This document shows positions 1-8,875 of a DNA stretch of 29,853 nucleotides, piece by piece. The stretch spans positions 1 to 29,853 of the forward strand of contig JBGSVZ010000099.1 of NCBI GenBank assembly GCA_041752695.1. Direction: 5' to 3'. Position numbers and translations under genes: made by a program. Numbering within the stretch: position 1 is the first letter of the stretch; every line of letters begins with the position of its first letter. Under the pieces are notes generated by a model. The model did not search any database. It saw nothing but the letters and a program-made list of their open reading frames with translations, and had not been told where the DNA came from. Origin of the DNA: Terrimicrobiaceae bacterium (GTDB taxonomy: Bacteria > Verrucomicrobiota > Verrucomicrobiia > Chthoniobacterales > Terrimicrobiaceae).

Positions 1-2
1 TG

Positions 3-488
3 GTCGATTCCGCCGCCGAACGCATGCCCTGGGCCCGGGCGGGTGGTGCCACGACGACCCTCACGTCTCCCGTCCACGAAGCCCGGGAAGCAATCCGGGC
101 CGCCAATCACGGCAGACTTCCGCGCGTCGTGATCGATTCGACCGGCAACGCCGGCGTCTTCGCCACGGCCCTTAGCCTCGCGGACCGCCTGGGCAAAGTA
201 GTCGTTCTCGGAGATACCGGCCAGCCCACCGAACAGCGACTGACCTCCGACGTCATCACGCGCGGAATCACCATTGTGGGCGCCCACGACGGCCTGGAGA
301 CGGCTCAGTGGACCATGGCCACTATCACGGATCTTTTTCTCACGCTTGCCGCCACCGGACGTTTTTCTCTGGAGGGACTGAACACGCACTTCTTCGCCCC
401 TTCCGACTGCGCCCGCGCCTACGAAACCGCCAACCGGGAACGCTCCCGCACCATGGGGGTGGTTTTCGACTGGAGGGAAACGGCTTGA
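3..488 (+). CDS. MDR (zinc-binding alcohol dehydrogenase) family protein, C-terminal part, truncated by the window start
   Basis: The frame is open from base 3 (VDSAAERMPWARAGGA...). 'VVIDSTG', 'GKVVVLG' and 'GITIVGAH' match the C-terminal half of the MDR Rossmann domain. Confidence 0.75.
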   Translation, partial: VDSAAERMPWARAGGATTTLTSPVHEAREAIRAANHGRLPRVVIDSTGNAGVFATALSLADRLGKVVVLGDTGQPTEQRLTSDVITRGITIVGAHDGLETAQWTMATITDLFLTLAATGRFSLEGLNTHFFAPSDCARAYETANRERSRTMGVVFDWRETA

Positions 489-1258
489 CCGCCCTGCGAC
501 AGGGCTTTTCCTGGTGGTCTTTCGCTGACCGGGGCGTGGCAGCCAACGCCCTGCTGTCCGGTGCGGCCAGGATGGGATTTGAATTTGTGGACCTCGCCGG
601 GGAGGAGCTTTGGCCGATGATCTGCGACGAGGGTCTTTCGCTCGGAGCGATGGCGGGGCACCATTCGATTTCGGATGGCCTCAATCGTCGGGAAAATGCC
701 CGGCGCATTCTGGACGAACTCCGGAGCAATCTCGAAAAAGCCGTGCGGTGGAAAATTCCCGTCCTGATATGTTTTTCGGGAAACCGGGGCAGCGAGTCCG
801 ACGCAGGCGGGCTGATGACCTGCGCGGAAACCCTCGTTCAAATAGCGCCGGAAGCGGAGAAAGCCAGCGTGACACTTGCCCTCGAACTGCTCAACAGCAA
901 GGTGGACCACCGGGGGTATGAGGCCGATTCCACCGCCTGGGGACTGCGGCTTTGCCAGGAGGTCGGATCGCCCGCGGTGAAGCTCCTCTACGATATCTAC
1001 CATATGCAGATCATGGAAGGGGACCTCGTGCGGACGATCTCCTCGCATCACGGCCAGTTCGCCCACTATCACACGGCGGGCAATCCCGGGCGAGGTCAGC
1101 CGGATGCGAGTCAGGAAATTTTTTACCCGGCAGTATACCGCGCCATCGCCGCCACAGAAACGCCAGCCCGGGTCGCTCATGAATTTCTCCCATCGGAAAA
1201 CCCTTTGACTGCGCTCGAAAAGGCGTTCCGGGACTGCGCGGCGGCCGGGGAAGAATAG
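485..1258 (+). CDS. Hydroxypyruvate isomerase (Hyi)-like TIM-barrel sugar isomerase/epimerase
   Basis: Motifs ICFSGNR, LELLNSKVDHRGY, KLLYDIYHMQIMEGD, HYHTAGNPGR and HEF. The TTG start at 485 overlaps the upstream stop (TTGA), with GGAGG about 9 nt upstream. Confidence 0.85.
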   Translation: MTALRQGFSWWSFADRGVAANALLSGAARMGFEFVDLAGEELWPMICDEGLSLGAMAGHHSISDGLNRRENARRILDELRSNLEKAVRWKIPVLICFSGNRGSESDAGGLMTCAETLVQIAPEAEKASVTLALELLNSKVDHRGYEADSTAWGLRLCQEVGSPAVKLLYDIYHMQIMEGDLVRTISSHHGQFAHYHTAGNPGRGQPDASQEIFYPAVYRAIAATETPARVAHEFLPSENPLTALEKAFRDCAAAGEE

Positions 1259-1307
1259 GCGCAATGTCTCCTTGTGATTTCGTTCCCGGTCGGGCATACG
1301 GGACGCC

Positions 1308-2246
1308 GTGACCGAACCCATCATCCAGGTCGAAAATCTCGAACGCGATTTCGGGAACGTGAAGGCCGTGAAGGGGGTGTCGTTCGAAATTGCCCGCGGC
1401 AAGGTGGTCGGATTTATCGGGGCGAACGGTGCGGGAAAAACCACCACCATGCGCATGATGGTCACGCTGGACAGCCCCACGTCGGGTTCGATCCGCATCG
1501 GGGGGCGGGACGTGACCGACGAGCCCGGCGAAGTGCGGCGTCGCGTCGGCTGGATGCCCGACGCGTACGGCACATACGAAAACATGACCGTTTTTGAGTA
1601 TCTGGATTTTTACGGCCGGGCTTTTGGATACAAGGACGAAGAGCGTCGGAAGCGGGTGCGAGAGGTGATGGAATTCACCGACCTGGCTTCCATTGGGGAC
1701 CGTCCGATGGACACGCTTTCCAAAGGCATGGGACAGCGCCTCTGCCTGGGCCGCACCCTCATCCACGATCCGGAAGTCCTGGTGCTCGACGAACCGGCGG
1801 CGGGTCTCGACCCGAAGGCGCGCATCGAGTTTAAGAACCTCGTGCGCCTCCTCGCCCAACAGGGCAAAACGATCTTTATCAGTTCCCACATCCTTTCGGA
1901 GCTGGGAGAGATGTGCGATTACCTGCTTTTCATCGATGCCGGGCGCATCGTGCATCACGGCACCACCGAAAGCCTCACCGACCATGGCAGCGTCGAAGCC
2001 GTCGTAGAGATCCGGGTGCAGGGCGACCCCGAGACCCTGTACGCCTGGATAATCGCCGCCCCCGGAATGCAAATCACGGACCGGCTGAAAAACGGTGCCC
2101 GCGTGCGGGTTTCCCACGCCGACGGCGAAGACCTCACCGGCCTCCTCAAGACGCTGGTGAGCGATGGTGTTCCCGTGAATGCCTTTTTCAAAGTCGAACG
2201 CCGCCTCGAAGACGCCTTCGTGGATATGCTGAAAGGCAGCCCATGA
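1308..2246 (+). CDS. ABC transporter ATP-binding protein (ABC-2/drug-export type)
   Basis: Walker A GANGAGKT, signature LSKGM, Walker B VLVLDEP, H-loop SSH; GTG start. Confidence 0.95.
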   Translation: MTEPIIQVENLERDFGNVKAVKGVSFEIARGKVVGFIGANGAGKTTTMRMMVTLDSPTSGSIRIGGRDVTDEPGEVRRRVGWMPDAYGTYENMTVFEYLDFYGRAFGYKDEERRKRVREVMEFTDLASIGDRPMDTLSKGMGQRLCLGRTLIHDPEVLVLDEPAAGLDPKARIEFKNLVRLLAQQGKTIFISSHILSELGEMCDYLLFIDAGRIVHHGTTESLTDHGSVEAVVEIRVQGDPETLYAWIIAAPGMQITDRLKNGARVRVSHADGEDLTGLLKTLVSDGVPVNAFFKVERRLEDAFVDMLKGSP

Positions 2247-2289
2247 ACGTCTCCCCCGAACTCCCCTCTCCGAGCTTCCCTCTCCGAAA

Positions 2290-3723
2290 ATGACCTCCAC
2301 CTCCACCCGGGCAGATTTCGGCGACTGGCTCAGTCCCATGCTGGTGAAAGAACTTCGCCAGGGCATTCGTTCGAAGGTTTTTATGGCCGCGTTTTTCCTC
2401 ACGCAGGTCCTGATGATCCTCAGCGTGGTTTTTAATCTCACCGCGGTGAACGAGGGGGATGGGGCCGGGAAAATGGTGGATTTTCTCAATGGCTTGTTCT
2501 GGTTCCTTATTGGTGTGCCGCTGCTTTTTCTGATGCCCATCCGGGGATTTGGTTCGCTTTACGGAGAGATCAAGGCGGGCACGCTGGAGTTGGTTTTTCT
2601 CACCCGGCTTTCCGCCCTGCGCATTGCGGCGGGAAAATGGACGGCGCTGATGGTGCAGACCCTGCTGCTCGTCGCGGCCGTGCTCCCGTACGTGTTGTTG
2701 CGGTATTTTTTAGGCAGCGTGGATGTGGTGCAGGACCTGCAGAGTGTGCTGATTTTGCTTCTCGCCAGCGGCATGCTCACGGCGGCCACCATCGCCCTCT
2801 CGCCCTACGAGTCAAAAATCCTGCGGGCCCTCTTCAGCGTCGGCATGATCTTTGGATTTATCTTCCTGCTCTTCGGCCTGATTGGCGTGATTGCGGGCAA
2901 TGCCATCCGGGGGTCGATGGGAGGTTCCTTCGCGCCGTGGACTTTTTATTTCGGCGCGATTCTTTTTGCGCCGGCCTTCATCTTTCTGGGACTGGAAGTT
3001 GCCGCCTCGCACATTGCCCCGCCAGCCGAGAATCACGCGATCCGCAAGCGCCTTCTCGGAATCTATCTGCTTCTGGCCGCGGCCCTGCTCGCGCTGCTTG
3101 GCGCGAACGCGGCCGCCGCCTACCGCGTCGCACTGGTTCTGCTGGGCGTGGTCGTCATCGACACCCTCGCCGAACCGCAGCGTTTCGTGCGCTCGGTCTA
3201 CATGCCGTTTCTCAAACAGGGTCCGGCCGGAAAAACGCTGGCGCTGTTTTTCACACCGGGCTGGGTGTCGGCTTCCTGGTTCCTGATCATTCTCACCGCC
3301 GTCGGCGGTGGGCTCCTCGGTCTGCACGGTCAACTGGATGATCGGGAGGACGTGCTTCGAATCGTTTCCCTGCTTGGCTGGCTGATCTTCCCCGCCGCCC
3401 TCATCCGCCTGGCGGCTCCCGAGACCAAATACTTCCTGGGGCTCTACATCGCGCTGCAATTCCTTTTTGCGGCCGTGACCTTTCTGGTCAACATCATGGC
3501 CGGCATCTCCCAAGAGCCCATGACCATGTGGCTCTGCCCGCTGCCGCCCTGCACGTTTCTCCTCACTTTCTTTGGGCAGGTGAAGGACATGCAGATGAAC
3601 GACTTTCTTTGGGTGACGGGACTCGTCACCGCCGCGTCGCTCGGCCTATTGCTGGCCCGCACCATCACGCCACTGCGTGACATTCGTGCGTCGCTGCTCC
3701 AAAATTCCCCAAAGGATGCCTGA
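2290..3723 (+). CDS. ABC-2-type permease-like polytopic membrane protein
   Basis: Many hydrophobic segments, with 'PMLVKELRQ' and '[12 protein letters not shown]...IAAGKW' ABC-2 permease-like motifs. It lies directly after the ATPase. The true start may be 2243 (see finding). Confidence 0.8.
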   Translation: MTSTSTRADFGDWLSPMLVKELRQGIRSKVFMAAFFLTQVLMILSVVFNLTAVNEGDGAGKMVDFLNGLFWFLIGVPLLFLMPIRGFGSLYGEIKAGTLELVFLTRLSALRIAAGKWTALMVQTLLLVAAVLPYVLLRYFLGSVDVVQDLQSVLILLLASGMLTAATIALSPYESKILRALFSVGMIFGFIFLLFGLIGVIAGNAIRGSMGGSFAPWTFYFGAILFAPAFIFLGLEVAASHIAPPAENHAIRKRLLGIYLLLAAALLALLGANAAAAYRVALVLLGVVVIDTLAEPQRFVRSVYMPFLKQGPAGKTLALFFTPGWVSASWFLIILTAVGGGLLGLHGQLDDREDVLRIVSLLGWLIFPAALIRLAAPETKYFLGLYIALQFLFAAVTFLVNIMAGISQEPMTMWLCPLPPCTFLLTFFGQVKDMQMNDFLWVTGLVTAASLGLLLARTITPLRDIRASLLQNSPKDA

Positions 3724-4744
3724 GTTTTCCCTTCCCACCGATGACGCGCCGGATACGGCCTTCGACATTTCCCTGCGCCCGCCGCTTTTTGAAGAGTTCG
3801 CGGGACAGGAAAAAACCGTCGAGCGCATCCAACTGCTCGTGGATGCCGCCCGGCAGCGCGACGAGGCCCTCCAGCACATCCTGCTGAGTGGGCCTCCGGG
3901 CCTCGGAAAAACCACCCTCGCCTACATCATTGGCAATGCCATGGGCGCGGAGGTGAAGACCACCAGCGGGCCCATGATTGAAAAAGCCGGGGACCTCGCC
4001 GGCCTCCTCACCAACATGGTGCGGGGCAGCGTGCTTTTTATCGACGAGATCCACCGCCTCCAGCCCGCCATCGAGGAATACCTCTATCCGGCCATGGAGG
4101 ATTTCAAACTGGATATCGTCATCGACCAGGGCCCGAGCGCCCGCAGCGTGCGGCTCAACCTCGCGAAATTTACCTTGGTGGGCGCGACCACCCGCGCCGG
4201 CATGATCAGCGCCCCGCTGCGCTCCCGTTTCGGCATGAACTGCCGGCTGGACTATTACGATGCGGCTCACCTGCAGACCATCGTGACCCGCAGTGCGGGA
4301 TTGCTCGGGGTGGAAATTGACCCTCCCGGCGCGCTCGAAATCGGCCGGCGCTCCCGCGGCACTCCCCGCATCGCCAACAATCTTTTGCGCTGGGTGCGAG
4401 ACTACGCCCAGGTTCGCGCGGCCGGCGCAATCAATGCCCCCGTCGCGCAGAAGGCGCTCGCGATGCTGGAAATCGACGAAGACGGTTTCGACGAAATGGA
4501 CAAGCGGATCATCGAAAGCCTCATTTCCCTTTTCGGTGGCGGTCCGGTCGGACTCAGTTCGCTTGCCGTCGCCATCGGTGAAGAGGCCGGCACCCTGGAG
4601 GAAGTCCACGAGCCCTACCTGATCATGCAAGGCTACATCAAACGCACCCCGCAGGGCCGCGTCGCCATGCCGCGGGCGTACCGGAAAATCGGGCTGGAGC
4701 CTCCCAAAAATGCTCCCTCAGGAGGCTTGTTCAGTGAGCGCTGA
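3716..4744 (+). CDS. ruvB: Holliday junction branch migration DNA helicase RuvB
   Basis: [71 protein letters not shown]. The ATG at 3716 overlaps the permease 3' end. Confidence 0.97.
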   Translation: MPEFSLPTDDAPDTAFDISLRPPLFEEFAGQEKTVERIQLLVDAARQRDEALQHILLSGPPGLGKTTLAYIIGNAMGAEVKTTSGPMIEKAGDLAGLLTNMVRGSVLFIDEIHRLQPAIEEYLYPAMEDFKLDIVIDQGPSARSVRLNLAKFTLVGATTRAGMISAPLRSRFGMNCRLDYYDAAHLQTIVTRSAGLLGVEIDPPGALEIGRRSRGTPRIANNLLRWVRDYAQVRAAGAINAPVAQKALAMLEIDEDGFDEMDKRIIESLISLFGGGPVGLSSLAVAIGEEAGTLEEVHEPYLIMQGYIKRTPQGRVAMPRAYRKIGLEPPKNAPSGGLFSER

Positions 4745-4771
4745 CGTCCCGGGCCAATGCCACGTGGAGGC

Positions 4772-4799
4772 TTGTCGCGAGAGGTTTTACCCCTAACTT
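4772..4799 (+). promoter_or_regulatory. Putative sigma70-type promoter for the HAD phosphatase gene (leaderless geometry)
   Basis: TTGTCG(4772-4777)-16 nt-TAACTT(4794-4799)-6 nt-ATG(4806). Confidence 0.45.
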
Positions 4800-4805
4800 C
4801 ACGCC

Positions 4806-5450
4806 ATGAGTGGCGGCATCCTGGTCACGGATTTTGACAGCACGGTCACCCGCCACGACTTTTACGAGCTCGTGCGGCGGCGCTGGCCGCTTCCGCCCGG
4901 GGACGACCCATGGGAAAAATACGTGGCGGGCACGCTGACCCATTTCGAAGCGCTCGCGGAGATTTTTTCCCGCATACGGGCGAGCCGGAAGGAGTTGCTG
5001 GCCTTGGTCGATGCCATGGAAGTTTTTCCCGATTTCGCCGAAACGGTCCGCGCCCTGCAAGCCGCGGGTTGGGAGGTGGTGATCGCTTCGGCGGGGTGCC
5101 GGTGGTATATCGACCACCTCCTCGCCGGGCAGGACGTGAAAGTCACGGTATTCAGCAACCCCGGGACGTTCTCGCCCGCCAGTGGGCTCACCATGCAATT
5201 GCCCGAACGGGGGGATTTTTTCAGTCCTGAGACCGGCGTAAACAAACAGGCGATTGTTCGGGACGCGCTCCGGCGTTCGGCGCTTGTCGCTTTTGCCGGA
5301 GACGGTCGCCCCGATTTTGAACCGTCCCTGCTCGTTCCGGTGGAACGCCGCTTCGCGCGCGGTTGGCTGGCCGGGGCCCTCACGGCGCGGGGCGAAAAAT
5401 TTCACCCGCTGAACAACTGGTCCGGCATCCGGGAGTCGCTGCCATGCTGA
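4806..5450 (+). CDS. MtnX-like HAD-IB family phosphatase
   Basis: HAD motif I TDFDSTVT, motif II IASAG, Lys in GVNK, and motif IV FAGDGRPD. Confidence 0.85.
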   Translation: MSGGILVTDFDSTVTRHDFYELVRRRWPLPPGDDPWEKYVAGTLTHFEALAEIFSRIRASRKELLALVDAMEVFPDFAETVRALQAAGWEVVIASAGCRWYIDHLLAGQDVKVTVFSNPGTFSPASGLTMQLPERGDFFSPETGVNKQAIVRDALRRSALVAFAGDGRPDFEPSLLVPVERRFARGWLAGALTARGEKFHPLNNWSGIRESLPC

Positions 5451-6505
5451 CGACGCCCCGACAGGCTACCATTCCTTCGCTGGTAAGGGTAAAACCCGGC
5501 GCTCTGGACCGCCTCGGGATCTATGTGCGGCGGCACGGATGGCGTCAAGTCGGGGTCTACTTCAGTGCCGGCCTGCCCCCGGACTTTCTCGCACGCCTTT
5601 CTGCTTCCCTTGCAGCGCAGGGCATCATCCTCGCAGAACCCATCGAAATTGAGTCCGCGTCCTTCGAGGAGGCGTGCCGCCACTTCGAGGCCATGCCGCG
5701 CGGATGGGATGCGCTGATCGGGCTTGGTGGAGGCAAGGCGCTTGACGTGGCCAAATATGTGGCCCACCTGTCGCACCTGCCGTTCCTGGCTGTGCCGACC
5801 TCGCTCTCCAATGACGGCATTTGCAGCCCGCAATCCAGCCTCACGGTGTCGGGCCACCGCCGTTCCCTGCCCTCAGTGATGCCCTTTGGCGTGATCATCG
5901 ACACCGCGGTCTGTCTGGGCGCGCCGAAGATGCTCTGGCTCTCCGGTGTGGGCGACCTGGTGGCGAAATTTACCGCCGTGGCCGACTGGAAAATTGCGTT
6001 TCATGCGGTGGAGGAACCGGTGGATGATTTCGCGGCGCTGCTGTCCGATGCCAGCGTCTATCAGTTCCTCGGCCGCGCGGATTATGATCTGGAGGGCGTA
6101 CGATTGCTCGGCACAACCCTGATGCTCAACGGCATTGCCATGGCCATCTGCGGTTCGTCGCGCCCCGCCAGCGGAAGCGAACACCTCATTTCCCATGCCC
6201 TCGATGGACTGAGCGCACGCCCGCGTTTGCACGGACTCCAAGTCGGCGTTGCGTCGTATTTGGTGAGTCTCCTCCAAGGACATAACGCGGAAACCATAGC
6301 CGGGCTTTTTGAGGCAACGGGCTTCTGGCGGGCGGTGGAGGCAGATCCGTTCGACCGCGCCGAATGGCTCGAGGCCGCCCGGCGCGCTCCGTCCATCAAG
6401 AGCGACTTTTACACGGTCCTTTCCACCCGGGATTGCCTTCCGGAAATCGCACACGCTCTGGAGACAGACCCCCACCTGCGGCGCTGCTTCGCCTCCGCCC
6501 GGTGA
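5444..6505 (+). CDS. sn-glycerol-1-phosphate dehydrogenase (EgsA/AraM)-like enzyme, dehydroquinate synthase/Fe-ADH superfamily
   Basis: GGGKALDVAKY, PTSLSNDGICSP, GVGDLVAKFTAVADW, SSRPASGSEHLISHALD and LHGLQVG. The ATG at 5444 overlaps the phosphatase 3' end. Confidence 0.8.
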   Translation: MLTTPRQATIPSLVRVKPGALDRLGIYVRRHGWRQVGVYFSAGLPPDFLARLSASLAAQGIILAEPIEIESASFEEACRHFEAMPRGWDALIGLGGGKALDVAKYVAHLSHLPFLAVPTSLSNDGICSPQSSLTVSGHRRSLPSVMPFGVIIDTAVCLGAPKMLWLSGVGDLVAKFTAVADWKIAFHAVEEPVDDFAALLSDASVYQFLGRADYDLEGVRLLGTTLMLNGIAMAICGSSRPASGSEHLISHALDGLSARPRLHGLQVGVASYLVSLLQGHNAETIAGLFEATGFWRAVEADPFDRAEWLEAARRAPSIKSDFYTVLSTRDCLPEIAHALETDPHLRRCFASAR

Positions 6506-6517
6506 GCTGCCAACCCT

Positions 6518-6537
6518 GCGCCGTCCCGGCGTTTTTT
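6518..6537 (+). terminator. Probable intrinsic terminator
   Basis: GCGCCG-TCC-CGGCGT followed by a T-run, 12 nt after the stop at 6505. Confidence 0.55.
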
Positions 6538-6576
6538 GATGTCCCAATCCGCTCTCCTCTGCCAGTTTTTCGCTTC

Positions 6577-7092
6577 ATGAATCGCCTTCTTCTCCTCCTC
6601 TCCCTGGTTGTTTCCGCGGTAGCTCCGGCCCTCGCTCAGAATCCCGACTCCGCCCTCGGCGCGCTCGCCAGCCTCCCCGCCAACTATCGCAATGGCGTGG
6701 TTTGGCTTTCCGCGGACAACGCCGACCCGCATCCCGACCAATGGTATGTGACGGCCCGGAATGCCGCCCGCGACGGTCTGCTCATGAACCTCACCATCGA
6801 GGACGGACGCATCGTGTCGGAACGCCCCGCCATCAGCCCGCGGGCCTTTCTCCGCCAAATCACACCGATCAACCTTCGCAGCCTGCGGGTGAATTCCACC
6901 GACCTGTGGCGCGACGCCCTCGCCTTTGCCGAACGCCGCGGACAGAGACTCGGCTCCCTGAGCCTCCAACTGCAACAACAAGGCCGCGACGCCACTCCGG
7001 TTTGGTCCGTCTGGAGCTACGATCGCCGTGGAAATTACATCGGCTATTTCTCCGCGCTGGCAACCACCGGATCCATCACCTCGCGGCGCTGA
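6577..7092 (+). CDS. Secreted hypothetical protein (possibly PepSY-like fold)
   Basis: Signal peptide MNRLLLLLSLVVSAVAPALA-Q. It fills the gap between the terminator and pyk. Confidence 0.75.
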   Translation: MNRLLLLLSLVVSAVAPALAQNPDSALGALASLPANYRNGVVWLSADNADPHPDQWYVTARNAARDGLLMNLTIEDGRIVSERPAISPRAFLRQITPINLRSLRVNSTDLWRDALAFAERRGQRLGSLSLQLQQQGRDATPVWSVWSYDRRGNYIGYFSALATTGSITSRR

Positions 7093-7231
7093 AATCGCCT
7101 TCACCCCCCGGGAAAAAGCCGTGGGCCGCGGCCACCACATGGGTCGGCTGTTAGAAAATATGGGACTGACCCCGGGGGGCGAGGAAGAATCGACTTGATG
7201 AGCGCGAGCATGCGCGGCAAGTCTCCGGTCC

Positions 7232-8671
7232 ATGCCTTTACCCAGCCATAAAACCAAAATCGTGGCCACTATCGGCCCCGCGTCGCAATCCCCGGAAATG
7301 CTGGAACGGCTCATCCGCGCCGGGCTGAATATCGCGAGGCTGAATTTTTCCCATGGCAGTTTCGAGGGTCATGGGGAGGTCATTTCCCGCATCCGCGCGG
7401 CGGCAAAAGTCGTCGGTCGTCGCGTCGCCATCATGGCCGATCTGCCCGGGCCCAAGATGCGATTGGGAACAATCAGCCCCGAACCGATCACGCTTGAGCC
7501 CGGCGCTCCCTTTATCCTGACGAGCGAGGACATTATCGGAGACGCCCGGCGGGTTTCCATGACCTTTGACCCTCTGCCCCGGGTGGTCAGGCCCGGCGAC
7601 CGCCTTTTTCTCAATGACGGCCTTTCCCAGTTGATCGTCGACCGGGTCGAGGGGCAGGATGTGCATTGCATCGTGGCAGTGGGCGGAGAAATGCGTTCCC
7701 GCAAGGGCCTGAATCTCCCCCGGATTGCCCTCGGGATCAGCGCATTCACCGAACACGATCACCAATGCCTAGCCTTCGCCCTGGAGCGCGGGGTGGATGC
7801 CGTCAGCCAGTCGTTCGTCGAGAGCGCGGCCGACATCGAAATGGTCCGCGCGGCCGCCCGGGACCTGGGCCACAATCCTTTTGTCATCGCCAAAATCGAA
7901 CGGGTGGAATCGGTCGATCGCTACGAAGAAATTCTGGCCGCGTCCGACGGCATCATGGTCGCACGGGGAGACCTGGGGGTGGAAATTCCGATTGAGGAAA
8001 TCGCCATCGTGCAGAAACAGCTTATCGCCAAGGCGAATCTGGCTGGCAAACCTGTCATTACTGCCACGCAGATGCTCGAATCCATGACCGGCACGCGCCT
8101 GCCCACGCGGGCCGAGACTACGGATGTCGCCAACGCGATCCTCGACGGCACCGACTGCGTGATGCTTTCCGGCGAATCGGCCATGGGCAAATACCCTGAA
8201 GAAGCCGTGCAGATGCTCGCGCGCATCGCCGCCTATACCGAAGCCAATCGCTGCGGCGATTTCCTCAGCCTCCAACGCCAGAAACTCGGACCCGCCGCAG
8301 CCGAACCCGACCTCACCGCGCGCTTCCTGGAATCCGCCCTTGAAGCCGTATCCTGTGACGCCGTGGCCACCCCGACTCACTCCGGCACCACCGCCCGCGC
8401 CGTGGCCCGGTTTCGTCCGCCGGTCTGGACGGTCGCCTTCACCACCCACCCGGACACCGCACAAAATCTGGCTTTCACCTACGGCGTCCATCCCGTGGAT
8501 ATTTCCACCTATCCCGAGGACTGGCGCGAGACGATCCGCGACACCCTCGGCGGCCTCGGCGTTTCGGCCCGCAACGTGCTTCTCATCACCGGCCCGTCCG
8601 AACAATACCCCGACGCGAACCGTCGGCTGGAATTCCTGGCCTTTCCGCGAAGCAGCAGCGAAGCCTCCTGA
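7232..8671 (+). CDS. pyk: Pyruvate kinase
   Basis: KTKIVATIGPAS, RLNFSHG, AKIE, GIMVARGDLGVE, ATQMLESM, DVANAILDGTDCVMLSGESAMGKYP. Confidence 0.98.
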   Translation: MPLPSHKTKIVATIGPASQSPEMLERLIRAGLNIARLNFSHGSFEGHGEVISRIRAAAKVVGRRVAIMADLPGPKMRLGTISPEPITLEPGAPFILTSEDIIGDARRVSMTFDPLPRVVRPGDRLFLNDGLSQLIVDRVEGQDVHCIVAVGGEMRSRKGLNLPRIALGISAFTEHDHQCLAFALERGVDAVSQSFVESAADIEMVRAAARDLGHNPFVIAKIERVESVDRYEEILAASDGIMVARGDLGVEIPIEEIAIVQKQLIAKANLAGKPVITATQMLESMTGTRLPTRAETTDVANAILDGTDCVMLSGESAMGKYPEEAVQMLARIAAYTEANRCGDFLSLQRQKLGPAAAEPDLTARFLESALEAVSCDAVATPTHSGTTARAVARFRPPVWTVAFTTHPDTAQNLAFTYGVHPVDISTYPEDWRETIRDTLGGLGVSARNVLLITGPSEQYPDANRRLEFLAFPRSSSEAS

Positions 8672-8735
8672 TCGGCGGCATTACGCCTTGCTGCGCGGCG
8701 AACTGGGCTGCCGGAAAATCCGAAAACCCTCACCC

Positions 8736-8805
8736 TGCGTAGCCGCTGGGCTACGAAAGCAGCGGAAAGACATCAGAGATTAACAAATCTCGAGTCGGCT
8801 ACGCA
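8736..8805. repeat. REP/REPIN-like inverted-repeat element
   Basis: Perfect 10-bp inverted repeat TGCGTAGCCG(8736-8745)/CGGCTACGCA(8796-8805). It encloses hairpins CCGCTG...CAGCGG and GAGATT-AACA-AATCTC. Confidence 0.5.
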
Positions 8806-8875
8806 CTCACGGTCCGCCCGGAATTGACGTATCGGTCCTTTTCCCGACCGTCGATTCTCCCGTCACCATTCCTCC

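Noticed and set aside
308..484. N-terminal extension of the Hyi-like ORF in the track
   Set aside because: It overlaps the dehydrogenase. Family similarity begins at TTG 485, which has an SD and a TTGA overlap.
4738..4748. 11-mer GCGCTGACGTC shared with 26957-26967 as a possible att/direct repeat
   Set aside because: It is short enough to arise by chance in 30 kb of GC-rich DNA. There is no integrase, and it would bracket housekeeping genes.
4806..5450. Assigning the symbol mtnX (and egsA to the next gene)
   Set aside because: Only family-level motifs are visible and there is no pathway context to support the specific function.
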